A stretch of 62,115 nt of DNA, filler included, from Chiloscyllium plagiosum (GCF_004010195.1; 3 parts of one record of this genome joined end to end with filler, not necessarily neighbours in it); one strand, 5' to 3'; numbered from the whole stretch's first letter, positions 13,699 to 26,047 are shown. The notes: a model not told the origin generated them from the sequence alone. A program made the numbers and translations.

Positions 13699-13840
13699 CT
13701 GGCATACCAGCAATAGTCAGGATTGGATAGTAAGACTATTGAATAATGTTATGTGCATATTTGATCCTCTTTGATAATCATAAGCGATCATAATAAGTAG
13801 AAAAATATCAGGCATTCTCAGCTATTACCGTGTATATCAT
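13699..13840 (-). pseudogene. GPR139/142-like GPCR first exon (N-terminus + TM1), pseudogenised, copy 1
   Basis: Reads MIYTVIAENA*..YYDRL*LSKRIKYAHNIIQ*SYYPILTIAGMP-G; three stops; expected phase-1 donor reads GG not GT. Confidence 0.7.
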
Positions 13841-15097
13841 TGGAACATTCCAGATAATGATCGCAGAGACTGAACTATCCTTCCCCTCTCCCTGCAGCTG
13901 TTGATTCCAGCTCGTGCGATCGATGATGCTTCCGCTTATATTATGGCATAACACATTGAACGGAGCCTATTTTGCTCCGGAAACACGACACTGCGATAAT
14001 GACAATCCATGGAGACAGGCATTAATCAAAGCCACAGAACAAGCAGATTCAGTTAACCTGTTCCTCATATGACTTTTCATATGACAGGAAAAGAACAATT
14101 CCTCGCTTTGGATGGAATGTATGATGGTCGCTCACGCATGGACCAAATATCTTTCCATCTTTTAAATCTTTCTCCCGTATATGTGGGAGCAGTACCAGAA
14201 GACGGCAGCATTGTATATGTTCCACACTCTTTCCAATAGGAGACAGCGCAAAAAAACAAACAAACCGGCTGCCTGCAATGGCTGTTGGGTAACTTTCTGG
14301 AGAGCAGAATTCAGAATAAGCGCATTTATTGTTCATCGATCTTGTGTAATGTTACCCTCTTCTTAAGTGTTCCGTGATCAAACCTTTCTTAATCTTGACA
14401 CAGCATTCAGAACATTGAGACTATTGTTCAGAAACAGGGGGAAATAATTCAGTCCCCATTTACCTGTTTCAGAGAAATCCGAAGTAGCCATTCAGTCTTC
14501 ATTAGCTGAGTACCACTTGAATAGGTAAACAGCTGTAATATTGGCACATAGAGCAATGATTTTAGATTAGATTACTTACAGTGTGGAAACAGGCCTTCTC
14601 AAACTTAAGTATCTTCCTTCTTCCTCTTGAATTGGTGTTCCACATTCTTTGTCACCCAGAATTATTTCAACATACCATCCCACCTTTGCCTCACTGGAAC
14701 AAGCCTGTCCAGCACCATCAGCAAATGCTTCGAAAACAATCTCCAAAAGTCTGTCGTGCGTTTCCATGAGCACATCTGTTCCAATTTCGGAGCCCTAGTT
14801 CCAGAAGAATAGCATTGAAATCGCCCCTTCCTCAGTTAAATACTTTTCCATATAATCTGCTCTTATCCCTCTCCATGAGTATAGCAAATATCAGAGAGTT
14901 GAGATAACGATCATTGAAATGCTGTTCCGCCGAGAGATTGACAACTAGCATGGTTCGCTGCCAAGCAGCAAATCCAATATGGCCTACCCCTACTCGAACT
15001 ATCTGCATAATGCGTCAGGAACGCTGGAATATATATAGATATCATGAATATAATTACACATGTTTTATAGAAATAAAAACTGGACAATATGATTTCC

Positions 15098-15239
15098 CTG
15101 GCATACCAACAATGGCCAGGATTGGATAATAAGACTATTGAATAATGTTATGTGCATATTTGATCCTCTTTGATAATCATAAGCGATCATAATAAGAAGA
15201 AAAATATCAGGCATTCTCAGCTATTACCGTGTATATCAT
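15098..15239 (-). pseudogene. GPR139/142-like GPCR first exon, pseudogenised, copy 2
   Basis: MIYTVIAENA*YFSSYYDRL*LSKRIKYAHNIIQ*SYYPILAIVGMP-G; same three stops and dead donor as copy 1. Confidence 0.7.
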
Positions 15240-15961
15240 TGGAACATTCCAGATGATGATCGCAGAGTCTGAACTCTCCTTCCCCTCTCCCTGCAGCTCT
15301 TGATTCCAGCTCGTGCGATCGATGATGCTTCCGCTTATATTATGGCATAGCACATTGAACGGAGCCTATTTTGCAGTGAACGATGGAAACACTACACTGC
15401 GATAATGACAATCCATGGAGACAGGCATTAATCAAAGCCACAGAACAAGCAGATTCAGTTAACCTGTTCCTCATATCACTTTTCATATGACAGGAAAAGA
15501 ACAATTCCTCGCTTTGGATGGAATGTATGATGGTCGCTCATCCATGGACCATATACCTTTCCATCTTTTAAATCTTTCTTCCGTATATGTGGGAGCAGTG
15601 CCAGAAGACGGCAGCATTGTATATTTTCCACACTCTTTCCAATAGGAGACAGCGAAAAACAAAAAAACCGGCTGCCTGCAATGGCTGTTGAGTAACTTTC
15701 TGGAGAACAGAATTCAGAATAAGCGCATTTATTGTTCATCGATCTTGTGTAATGTTACCCTCTTCTTAAGTGTTCCGTGATCAAGCCTTTCTTAATCTTG
15801 ACACAGCATTCAGAACACTGAGACTATTGTTCAGAAACAGGGGGAAATAATTCAGTCCCCATTTACCTGTTACAGAGAAATCCGAAGTAGCCATTCAGTC
15901 TTCATTAGCTGAGTACCACTTGAATAGGTAAACAGCTGTAATATTGGCACATAGAGCAATG

Positions 15962-16265
15962 ATTTTAGATTAGATTACTTACAGTGTGGAAACAGGCCCT
16001 TCGGCCGAACAAGTCCACATCGACCCGCCGAAGCGCAAACCACCCAGACCCATTCCTCGACATTTACCCCTTCACCTAACACTACGGGCAAATCAGCATG
16101 GCCAATTCACCTGACCTGCAAATTTTTGGACTATGGGAGGAAAACGGAGCATTTGGAGGAAACCCATGCCGACACAGGCAGATTGTGCAAACTCCACACA
16201 GAAGGTCACCCGTGGCTGGAATCGGATCCAGGTTCCTTGTGCTGGGAGGCAACAGCGCTAACCAC
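15962..16265 (-). mobile_element. HE1-type tRNA-derived SINE
   Basis: (ATCTA)n tail, CR1-like 3' end GGGCCTGTTTCCACACTGTAA, central GTGTGGAGTTTGCAC core, A-box-like TGGTTAGC head. Confidence 0.85.
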
Positions 16266-17459
16266 TTGCTTGGTCACCTTGCGTGTTTAATCACAGAGAA
16301 AAGAAAAGCACAAACTCCATCAGTCAGATTTTGACAATGATTGACAAAAACAGCAGAAATGTTTTTAGTCAATAAATGATTACGAAAAGGCTATACAGTG
16401 CCTCAATTCTTCTTCACAAGAAAGGAATGACAACACTTGATTTTTTTTTTTGGGGGGGGGGGGGTCTTCCAGTCAGTAGCAGTAAAAGAATTTATTTAGC
16501 CAAACCTGGGACTGAGAAATAGATGGCAGTTATTAAACCTCACTAGATTGTTACTCAGGAAATTCTAGAGATTCTGTTACCCAAAATGAGGAGGAGATGA
16601 CTCACACCCTATGAGTATGGTACACACAGAGAGAAGGACAATTAGTTTGTGGGTCAGCACAGCTTTTGACTTATTGAGCTGAATCTAAAAATAATTGGAT
16701 TCAGCATCATTTTCGTTGAGTGTGACAGAGGGAGCGTCTGCAGAAGCCGATCTAGTTTTCTCGTGCTTGTTTATCGAACTCACCTCAGTAGCTACCTGCC
16801 CCACTCCTTTGTGTCGCTCTCAATTATTGTCAGCCTGATTCCGCCACCCTTCATGGCTGGACGTAGTCACGATCGATCAGGTGCCACTGGATCACTGTTT
16901 CTTTTCCCATCTTGAAATGTTAATGATGACATGGTTGAGCTTTCTCAGTTCAGAGCCGCTGCCTATAGCGAATTCGGAGCATGACAGTAAAGGCACAAAT
17001 TCACCACGATTTAGCGACAGGGGTACGGAAGAGCTGATGTAAGAGCTAGTACAGAAGGGGGCCATTCTCTCCACAGTGGAGGCCAGACCACTAGACTCAC
17101 CATGCATCGTCTGAGTTCACCAAGCATTTCAGTGAAGCATCTGCAGTCTGAAGAAATGTCCACCATCAATAACCTTCCTCAATTTGCAAGGATAAGTGTT
17201 ACCACCATTTCCTTTCAGCTCCCTCATGCTCACTGTATATCTATCAAAGCATCTACCCTGAATAAAGCTCATGTTCCATCACTATCACTTTTGCATGCAT
17301 GACCTTCCTCTCTCTCGCTCTGTCCCTCCAAGATAGCCCTGCACTAATGACGCTGCCTGGATTCAGAACTGGGTGCTGACGCCTTCCAGACAACTCACCA
17401 TTTCTCCCCAACTATATCACTACATCGAATATAGAACATAAGCAAATCCTATTTGGACA

Positions 17460-18205
17460 TATACCTTAATAGAAAGGCAGTGTAACTGAACGAAGTGATC
17501 TTGGGATACAGGCTTATAGCTCCTTGAAATTTGAGTCCCAGATAGATAGGATAGTGAAGAAGACGTTTGGTGTGCTTTCTTTTATTTGTCAGAGTATTGA
17601 GTATAGTAGTTGGGAGGTCATGTGGAGGCTGTACATGCCATTAGTAGGCCACCGTTAGAATATCGCGTGCAGTTATTTTCTCCTTCCTATCGGAAAGATG
17701 TTCTGAAACTTAAAAAAGGTTCAGAAAGGAATCATAAGGACGTTGCCAGGATTTGAGCTATAGCGAAAGGTTGGATACGCTCAGGCTATTTTACATGGAG
17801 TGTCGGAGGCTGACGGATGGCCTCATCGAGGTTTATAAAATCATGAGGTGTGGGGGCATGGATAGGATAAACAGACAAAGTCTTTTCCCTGTGGTTGGGG
17901 AGTCCAGAACGAGAGGGCACAGTTTTAGGGTCAGAGGGGAAGGATGTAAAAGGGACCTACCGAGCAGTTTTTACACACAGATCGTGGTACGTGCATGGAA
18001 TGAACAAACAAAGAAAGTAGTGGAGGTTGGTGAAATTGCAACATTTAAACGGCATTTGGAGGTGTATACGAATAGGAAGAGGTTGAAGGGATATGGGCCG
18101 GGTGCTGGCAATTGGGACTAGATTGGGTTGGCATATCTGGTTGACATGGACAAATTGGACCGAATGGTCTGTTTCCGTGCTTCACTTCTCTATGATTCCA
18201 AGACT
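17460..18205 (+). mobile_element. CR1 LINE 3' fragment
   Basis: ORF 17753..18121 SYSERLD.L.LF..E.RRL..LIEVYKIM, SRTRGH; CTATGATT tail. Confidence 0.85.
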
Positions 18206-20125
18206 CTAATATCATAGCTCTTCAGCCCTTGATATTTTGCAAACCTATGAAATCATCCTGAAGCCCATCTACCATACACTACTACATTTACGTCCATAAG
18301 TTATCCAATGACCATTTAAATGCCATGAAAGTGGACGAGTCGACTCCCTACGATTGTCTGAGTAAATAATCTACCTATGACATCTACACTATACATATCC
18401 TCCTCAATTTAGTGCTACTTCTCCTTGTGCGAGCCATCACCATCCGAGGAAAAAGGCTCTCTAGTAACCCACTGACGATTTATATATCTCAATTAAGTCG
18501 TCTTTTCACCTTCTTCACTCGAAGGAAAACAGGCTCATGTCCCTCTTCCTTCGTAGACATTCAATATGAGAACCTACTTCCACAGTCGGCAACGTCCTAG
18601 GAAATCGGTGGACATTTTCCAAACGCCTTTAACCTTTCCTATAATGAAGGGAGCAGAACTGCATTCCAAGTGAAACGGCGCCAGCGTTTTGGACACCTGC
18701 AATATGACCTCATGCCTACGAAACTCAATCCTTCTACCAATACAAGTCAACACACCGTATGCCTTCTTAATAATCCTACCAACCTGGGTGGCAAATGTCA
18801 GGAATCTATGCACAGTACATGGACACTGTGATCTCCCTACTCATCTACAGTGCCAAGAATCTTACCATTAACCGAGTAAACTTTATTCCATTTGCTTCTT
18901 CCAAAGCGAATCTTCTCACACTTCGCTGCATAATGTCTAACTGCCGCTCTTCAGCCCAGCTCTGCAGCTTATCTAGGTCCCTGTGTAACCTGCAACATTC
19001 TTCAGCACTCTCGACAAATCCACCAACCTTGGTGCCCTGGACAAATTTACTAACTCATATTTCTCCACCTTCATCCAGGTCAGTTATAGACATGACGAAT
19101 AGCAGAGGTCCCAAAACATATCATTGTGGTACACCATTAGAAACTGAACTGCAGGGTGAACATTTCCCTGTTAAGTTGAGAGTATGTTGCTGGAAAACCA
19201 CAGCAGGTCAGGCAGCATCTGAGGAGCGGGAAAATCGATGTTTAGTGCCGGAGCCCTTCACAGGAATCCGGTGAAGGGCTTTGGCCTGAAACGTTGATTT
19301 TCCTGCTACTCAGATGCTGCCTGACCTGCTGTGTTTTTCCAGCAAAACACTCTCAACGATAATCTCCAGTATCTGCAGACCACACTGTCTCCTCATTGAT
19401 TTCCCATCAAACACCTTCTTCTAGCGAGCCAATTTCTGATCCAAACTTCTATATCACCCACAATCGTATGTCTCCGTATTTTGTGTAATAGTCTAGCGCG
19501 GGGAACCATACCAAAGCTTGACTGAAATTCATACACACCACATCCAGCTGTTTGGTCACTTATCAGAGAACCCAATAAGTTTTGTAAGGCACGACCTACC
19601 CTTCACAAAACCGTTTTGACTTCTCCCTAATTAACTTATTCCTCTCTCAATGATTATTAATCATAGCTATTTCAAACATTTATTGCAATTTACCCACAAA
19701 CGATGTAAGGCTGACTTTTCTATTATTACCAGGGTTGTCCCTACTCCCTTTCTTGAACAAGAGGACAACTTTTGATGTCATCCAGTCTTATGGCAATATT
19801 TCTGTAGTCAATGTGGACATAAAGACCAAATCGAAAGGATCAGTAAGTCTCCTCTCTGGATATACAGAGAATACGATCATAAATTCCATCTGGTCCTGGG
19901 GAATTATCTTTTTTCACCCATTACACAATTACTGACACCTCCTCTTTGTAAATGTCAATCCCGTCGTGTCGAGTAGCTGTTCCTCAGCATTCTCATGGGA
20001 AATATTTTTATGGTGTTCATATCATCGAAAAATATTTATTCAGCGCCTTCCCTATCTCCTCATACTTCACGCACAACTTTCCACTATTATCCTTGATTGA
20101 CTCTAAACTTTCTCTTGCCATTGTT
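18206..20125 (-). mobile_element. Decayed CR1 LINE (RT to 3' end), interrupted by hairpin insert
   Basis: Antisense RT motifs (VPQ*YVLGP, SKFVQGTKVGG; ORFs 18574-, 19393-). Confidence 0.8.
19175..19392. mobile_element. Hairpin (inverted) Penelope-like terminal repeat
   Basis: GTTGAGAGT..TGCTGGAAAA..CAGCAGGTCAGGCAGCATCTGAG mirrored up to 19357; same family as 25687-25815 and 29700-29835. Confidence 0.75.
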
Positions 20126-20704
20126 TTATTCCCGATATTACCCGTATATCCTACATACTGTAATGCGAACTAACGGATACAAAATCTCCTTTTTGATACC
20201 CTTACAATATTTTCATAATCTTGAGCATCCCAACATGTTCACATTTCCGTCATTTACGATCCAGGATGAATCAGGCCAACCACTCTCATCCTTCCATTAT
20301 CTAACCGTTTCATTCCAGGTATAATTCTAATTATTGATATTATTACTTGTATTTTTCAACAAAGTAATTTTTGTATGTGCCTGTATGCGTGTCTATGCGA
20401 AGAGTCCTCTGTAATTGTACTGAAATGAAAAGAGATGTAAAAAAAACTCTTTCGTTCGTAGATTGCAAAAATGAAAAAGATGACGTTAATGTATTGATAA
20501 AGAAATAATTGGGCATTTCGGATAAACAAATGTTTCAATATTTCAAAAGAATTCAAGCTGAGATTTTTTCAACTCTGTAGTGTGCAGATTTTGTCTCAGT
20601 AAACAATCATAACTGTTGACAAAATGAGAAATTACTGGAAAAGCTCAGTAAGCCTGGCAAAATCAGTGCTGATAAAGCAGATTTGACATTTCCTCAGAAG
20701 CAGG

Positions 20705-21110
20705 ATCACTGGTAGCAGGGTCAAGGATGTTTCTGCGCATGCCACGAGATGCCAAGGGGGAATGTGGACAGCAAGAAGCGGTGGTGCACATTGATACGAA
20801 TGACACAGGCGCGTAAAGTGAGAAGGTCCTCCATAGAGAGTTCAGGGTGCTGAGTTTAAAAACAGTAGCTTCGTGATTTTAAAGTCAAGATTACTCCCTG
20901 TGCCAAGTGGACGTGAGACAGGAATACAAAAATAGTTTTGCTTAAAATGTGGCTATATACCTGGTGCAGGGCGAGCGGTTAATATTTTTGTAACAATGTG
21001 ATCAATTTCAGGACAGAAGAGACGTGTAATAAAAGGAGTTGCATCTACACTGAAGGGGCAGCAACATCCTGGCAGACGGGTTCAATAGTGCAACATAATG
21101 GATTTAAACT
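20705..21110 (+). mobile_element. Degenerate CR1 ORF1 esterase fragment
   Basis: RVKDVSA, VVHIDTND, LLPVPSG, LHLH*RG.NILA remnants. Confidence 0.6.
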
Positions 21111-21654
21111 CATAATGTAGGACTCTGGGAACCAAAGCAGCAGGTCAGAAAGTGAGCAGATGGTAAAGATGACTTGGATAAAGAGTCAAAGCCAGACTAA
21201 TGAAGGTGGTGAGGGAGGAAATCATAAATGTCCAAATATCAGTTGTAATTTGGAGTACATGACAGAGATGAGGCTCATTATTATCACGGATTAATAAATA
21301 CGAATGGCGAGTGTGGAAACCGTAGTGCAGATGAAAATATTAAAAGAGAAATCAAATCAATGAACATTATTGAAAAGCCTTCTTCAAATGTTCAAGCAGT
21401 ATTTGAAATAAAATTGATAAGTTGACAACACAAACAGCGACAACAAGTGATCAAACTTGCGTGGAGATCAGGACTGGGGAGATAAATGTCCAAAGTTGTC
21501 AGTATTCTAAATGGATAGCCAAGAAGTAGCAGGTGGTGCAGCTTCTCATAGAATCAAAGAATGGATTCCCTCCAGGGTTGAAACGGTCCATTTGGCCTAA
21601 CACGTCCACGCCGACCCTTTTGAAGAGTCACCCCCCCCCCCCCCCACCCAAGAG

Positions 21655-22447
21655 GTGGACTGGGAGTGGCAACTTCAGTTGAATGTGGAAAAGTGTGAGG
21701 TGATTCACTTTGGAAGGAACAACAGGAATAAAGAGTACTGGGCTAAAGGTAAGATTCTTCAGAGTGTAGATGAGCAGAGAGATCTCGGTGTCCACATACA
21801 AAGATCCCTAAAGGTTTTTACCCAGGTTGGTAATGATATTAAGAAGACATGTGATGCCTCAGCTTTTATTGGGAGAGAAATTGCGTTTCGGAGGCACGAG
21901 GCCATGTTGCATTTTCACAGATTTCTGCTGCACCTGCATTTGGATTATTGCGTTCAGTTCTGATCCCCGTATTATATGAAGGATGTGAAAGCTTTATAAT
22001 AGGTTCAGAGGCGATTTACCAGAATGCTGCCGGATATGCATGAAAGGTCTGATGTGGAAATGCTGAAGGATTTGATGCTGTTTCCATTAGAAAGACAAAA
22101 ATTGAAAGGTAATTTAATTGAGACATATAAGGTAATCAGTGGGTTCGAGAGGGTGGACAGTGAGGGCATTTTCTTTAGATGGTGATGGTAAAGACCAGGG
22201 TGCATAACTTTAAATGGAGGGGTGATAGACATAGGACTGATGTCAGTGTTGGTTTCTGCACTCATAGAAAATCCCTCACTTCGGCATAAGTAGACTCGCC
22301 AAATGTAAGGATATTTACATGGACATGGGATAAATCTATGGATAGACATAGAAAAATGTGGGATAGATAGGTTTCAGATTGGTTCCATTGGTCGGCACAA
22401 CATCGAGTGCTGAAGAGTCTGTACTGCACTGTAATGTTCTATGTTCG
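21655..22447 (+). mobile_element. CR1 LINE 3' fragment
   Basis: WQLQLNVEKCEVIHFG, QRDLGVHI, HLDYCVQF; TGTTCTA tail. Confidence 0.85.
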
Positions 22448-22459
22448 AGGTATCACTGT

Positions 22460-22690
22460 ATATTTACCACTCACTAATGCACCTAACGTACACGTCCCAG
22501 AACACAACGGGCAATTTAATATGGCCAATTCACGTAACCCGCGCAAGATCCTGGAGCACCTTGGAGGAATCCATGCAGACAAGTGGAGAATGTACAAACT
22601 CCATACAGACAATCTGCTGATGTTGGAATGTAACCCAAGACCCTGGTGCTGTGACGCAGCAATGCTAATCGCTAATTAACCGTGCCGCCC
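22460..22690 (-). mobile_element. Degenerate HE1-type SINE
   Basis: GGGCGGCACGGT head at 22690 (rev), similarity to 15962-16265. Confidence 0.65.
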
Positions 22691-23364
22691 TACTGGTTAA
22701 GAAAGACATAAAGGCTGTGACAAGAAGTGAAATTAACATGAGGGAGCAGAATGATTAATCATTATGGGCGGAAATATAAGGAAATGGAAGGAAGTCATTA
22801 GGAGGAGTAATTTCCACTAGTATCCCACGACCAAAAGTAATGAACAACATAAACCAGGGAATAAAATGAACTGTGAGAGATGCATAAAAACGATTACGGA
22901 TGTTTTGAAGATGCGAATTTAATGGATTAAAATTCTTGGAAAGCTCAGCCTCGAAGAACGATTCATTAAGTGTGCAAGTGATTGTTTCTTCGTGCAACAT
23001 GTCATGGAACAACCGGAGAACTGGCTACTTTTGGTTTGGTATTACATAGTGAGGAAGAACTGATAAATGGTCTTGTATTTAATTACCATCTTGCAAAGAA
23101 TGATCACAACATGCTAGAGCTTCAACTTCAGATGGAAAGAGTGAAGAGAGAGTTACTTACACGAGATTTGCTTTCGTGCAACGATAATGATACTGACCTG
23201 AGGAAGGATATGGCACTGGAATGCGCTGGGAAACATGATTTGAAGGGCAGGGCATTTGGAGTACAGTGGCAAATACTTGGGTGATGCCAAATTCCTCTCA
23301 AACAAAGAATATTCCTGAGAGAAAGAGAAATTGTAACAAACTAAAAGGTCATCCATTTTCGAGA

Positions 23365-23716
23365 ATTGAATTGAACTGAATTCAATTGAATCGAATTGAA
23401 TTGAACTGAATTCAATTTATTTTCACGTGTAAATAGTTAAAAGCTTTGTCTTGGAAGCAATTCAGGCAAATCTCGAGGTTAGGTAGCATAGTTTAGGAAG
23501 TAATAGGTGAACGTGGGCAAAAAAAACAGAAATACAGTTACAGGCGAATGTTAAGAGTTTATGAGTCCTTTCAGTTTACTAACAACAGTCGGGTAGAAGC
23601 TATTGTGAAACCGGATGTGTGCGTGTTCAGGCTTCTGTACATTCTCCCCGACGGTAGAGGTTGTAGAAAAACATTGCCAGGTGGGATTGATCTCTGAGAA
23701 TGCTGGCGGCCTTTCC
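23365..23716 (-). mobile_element. LINE 3' end (Rex1/Babar-like) with (AATTC)n tail
   Basis: Reverse strand RFHNSFYPTVVS-like motif at ~23580-23615; AATAAA then pentanucleotide tail; runs into gap. Confidence 0.5.
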
Positions 23717-23816
23717 NNNNNNNNNNNNNNNNNNNNNNNNNNNNNNNNNNNNNNNNNNNNTTAATTAATTAANNNNNNNNNNNNNNNNNNNNNNNNNNNN
23801 NNNNNNNNNNNNNNNN
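23717..23816. other. Assembly join: 100-nt N block containing TTAATTAATTAA
   Basis: Six-frame-stop 12-mer centred in Ns; identical structure at 54469-54568. Confidence 0.9.
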
Positions 23817-23937
23817 CGTGAGCTCACGAATAAACAGTCAGTAACTCAAGGCTTGTGAGGCTCGAGTCATTTTCCTTAATTCAGATCAATACGAGCGATT
23901 CTTCGACTGAATATTTTCATTCCAATCTCCAACAGCT

Positions 23938-23955
23938 TGGCGTAGCCGGCAGGAT
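23938..23955 (+). promoter_or_regulatory. Primer binding site, tRNA-Ser
   Basis: TGGCGTAGCCGGCAGGAT, one mismatch to the Ser PBS TGGCGTAGTCGGCAGGAT, 3 nt after LTR end. Confidence 0.85.
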
Positions 23956-24019
23956 CTCTATTGTAAGAGGTGGCTGGACCTTTCCCTTTATTTCTATTTT
24001 TGACTTATTACTCAGTCTG

Positions 24020-24225
24020 CCTGAGTCGGCAGGTTTTATTTGCAACTAATCACCTGGTTTTATTCGAGACGGGTCGGCAGGACTTTTGTGAGTAGTCGGC
24101 TGGTTCATTTTGCGATTACTTGGCGGGTTTTATTTTCGACCAGTCGGCGGGTTCATTTTGTGATTACTCGGCAAGTTTTATTTGCGAGAATTCAGCGGAT
24201 TCATTTTGTGATTACTCGGCTTGTA
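24020..24225 (+). repeat. ERV leader tandem repeats (~21-nt alternating units)
   Basis: GTCGGC.GGTTCATTTTG.GATTAC / CGGGTTTTATTT.CGA units; counterpart at ~47115-47340 (-). Confidence 0.8.
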
Positions 24226-25686
24226 TACTGTAGGGGATAAGCTGTGTCCACCGCGGGTGGTTTTTTCTCTCTCTTCCGCCACCAGCTGAAATAAGTACAT
24301 TTGGGTTGTGTCGAGGCTAGTGGGTTAGTTCTGATACCTTTGTATGGAATAAAAAAAAGTTAAAACAAAACGCTGGCAGAAGACAAGCATAAGATACCTA
24401 AACAAGGGTTGCCTTTAAAGACTCTTCTAAACGTTCTCGTTTGTCTGTTTGTGGTTGTTCCTTCTTTGAGCCAAAAGGGGAGAGTAGGAAGAGCTGTCCT
24501 CACATTAAATTTATCAAATTAACAGGGTTCGCCTTCAGTTGTTGGCCGGGATGCGGAGTTCTGGTGTTTATCTCTGCGTCTCTGTTCAATGTATTTTTTT
24601 TTTTGCTTTGCTGTTTTGTCTTGTCTATTTGCTCTGTGTAACTAACAATTTTAAGATGGGATCGCAACTTTCCAATATCGACAGCAACGAGCTGCCCTCG
24701 GGGATGAAGTTATTAAAAACAATGTCTGCAGATGCTGGAAACCAGATTCTGGGTGTGCTTTTCCAGCCTCACTAATTCAGAAATTGGAGATGACATTTCC
24801 TCGTCCTGCTGTGAAGGACGGTCTGCAGCATCAAGAATCTTCACAAAGAACTCTGCAACAACAAGGTAAATACGTAAAACAGGTAGGAGAACTGCTGGTA
24901 CACCATCACCTTTTCAAGGGAGATGTGTGATAGTCATTACATTGTTCCCGTTACTCTTGAGTTATTTGGGTGTCTCGTGGAAACTGGCCTTTTGTGGGTT
25001 CATTTAAACTGGATTAGATTGACTATAGGTTGGTTTTCATTCAGGGAGGGCGCATTGATCCCGCCTGGGATCATAATTATATGTTAACCTCTCTCGAAAA
25101 GTTTAAACACATTGTTAAAGGACAACAGCCTCCCAAAACAAAAGACACTCACTGACCTCATGAGTGTTCCTCCTCTCCTGCACCCTCGGCTCCCCTGCCT
25201 TATTCTCCTCAGTAACTCAAAATCCTGATACCACCTTCCGAATCTCGCCTGTTGTGGAAGAGATTGTTGCCTTTGTTACCGCTCGCAATGGGGAGCAGGC
25301 GAATGCTGTGCCCAGTGCCACTCCTGCAATACGTTTTGAGCGCCACCCCAAGGGGTTAGTCCTGCGACATCCCAAGCGATGTGGCATTGCAACAGCCACC
25401 TAATTCCACACACTCTGCCATTCTTACGCTACTCGTTTAAACCAGCAGCAATCAGGCCTTAATTCAGAAGGAGACAGCCCCTCAGTCATTGACAGTTCTC
25501 TGACCCCGCAATTACCTGGAATAATAATAGGTCGCACTCCATTTGATAAACCATGGACCCACATTGATATCCGTGACATTTTACAAGACATCCCAGACTG
25601 GATAAAGCAGCCTGTTCCCTTTTATAATTGGCTTTTACAATTTTGTGACATTTATGACTGCCTTCCCCAGGTTGTACAGACTTTAC

Positions 25687-26047
25687 GGAGAAAGTGAGGT
25701 CTGCAGATGCTGGAGATCAAAGTTGAAACTTTATTGCTGGAACAGCACAGCAGGTCAGGCAGCATCCAGGGAACAGGAGATTCGACGTTTCGGGCACAGG
25801 CCCTTCTTCAGGAATGAGCAGAGAGTATATTTCCCTCCCCTCCCCTATCAGCTTTCCATAGAGACCACTCCCTCCGCGACTCCCTTGTCAGATCCACACC
25901 CCCCACCGACCCAACCTCCACTCCCGGCACCTTCCCTTGCAACCGCAGGAGGTGCAACACTTGCGCCCACACCTCCCCCCTCACTTCTCTCCAAGGCCCC
26001 AAAGGAAACTTCCATATCCGCCACAGATTCACCTGCACCTCCACCCA
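25687..26047. mobile_element. Penelope-like (Neptune-type) insert: inverted terminal repeat + ORF fragment
   Basis: 25687-25815 reversed terminus; 25816-26047 encodes FPSPPLSAFHRDHSLRDSLV..GTFPCNRRRCNTC..FTCTS (Cys linker before GIY-YIG). Confidence 0.8.
25780..25815 (-). ncRNA. Minimal type I hammerhead ribozyme motif
   Basis: ATTC-CTGAAGA-A-GGGC(CTGT)GCCC-GAAA-CG-TC-GAAT: core boxes, helix I and II pair; helix III only via ACGT palindrome. Confidence 0.65.

Larger units (their letters stand above)
13195..15997. repeat. Direct tandem duplication, ~1.4 kb unit (13195-14594 / 14595-15997)
   Basis: Both units start CTTCTCAAACTTAAGTATC and end ...TTACAGTGTGGAAACAGGC; near-identical ORF pairs (13191/14576, 14049/15476). 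Confidence 0.97.

Noticed and set aside
14049..14336. Duplicated 87-95 aa ORF as a gene
   Set aside because: No recognisable motif; the two copies differ in stop position and simply reflect the tandem duplication
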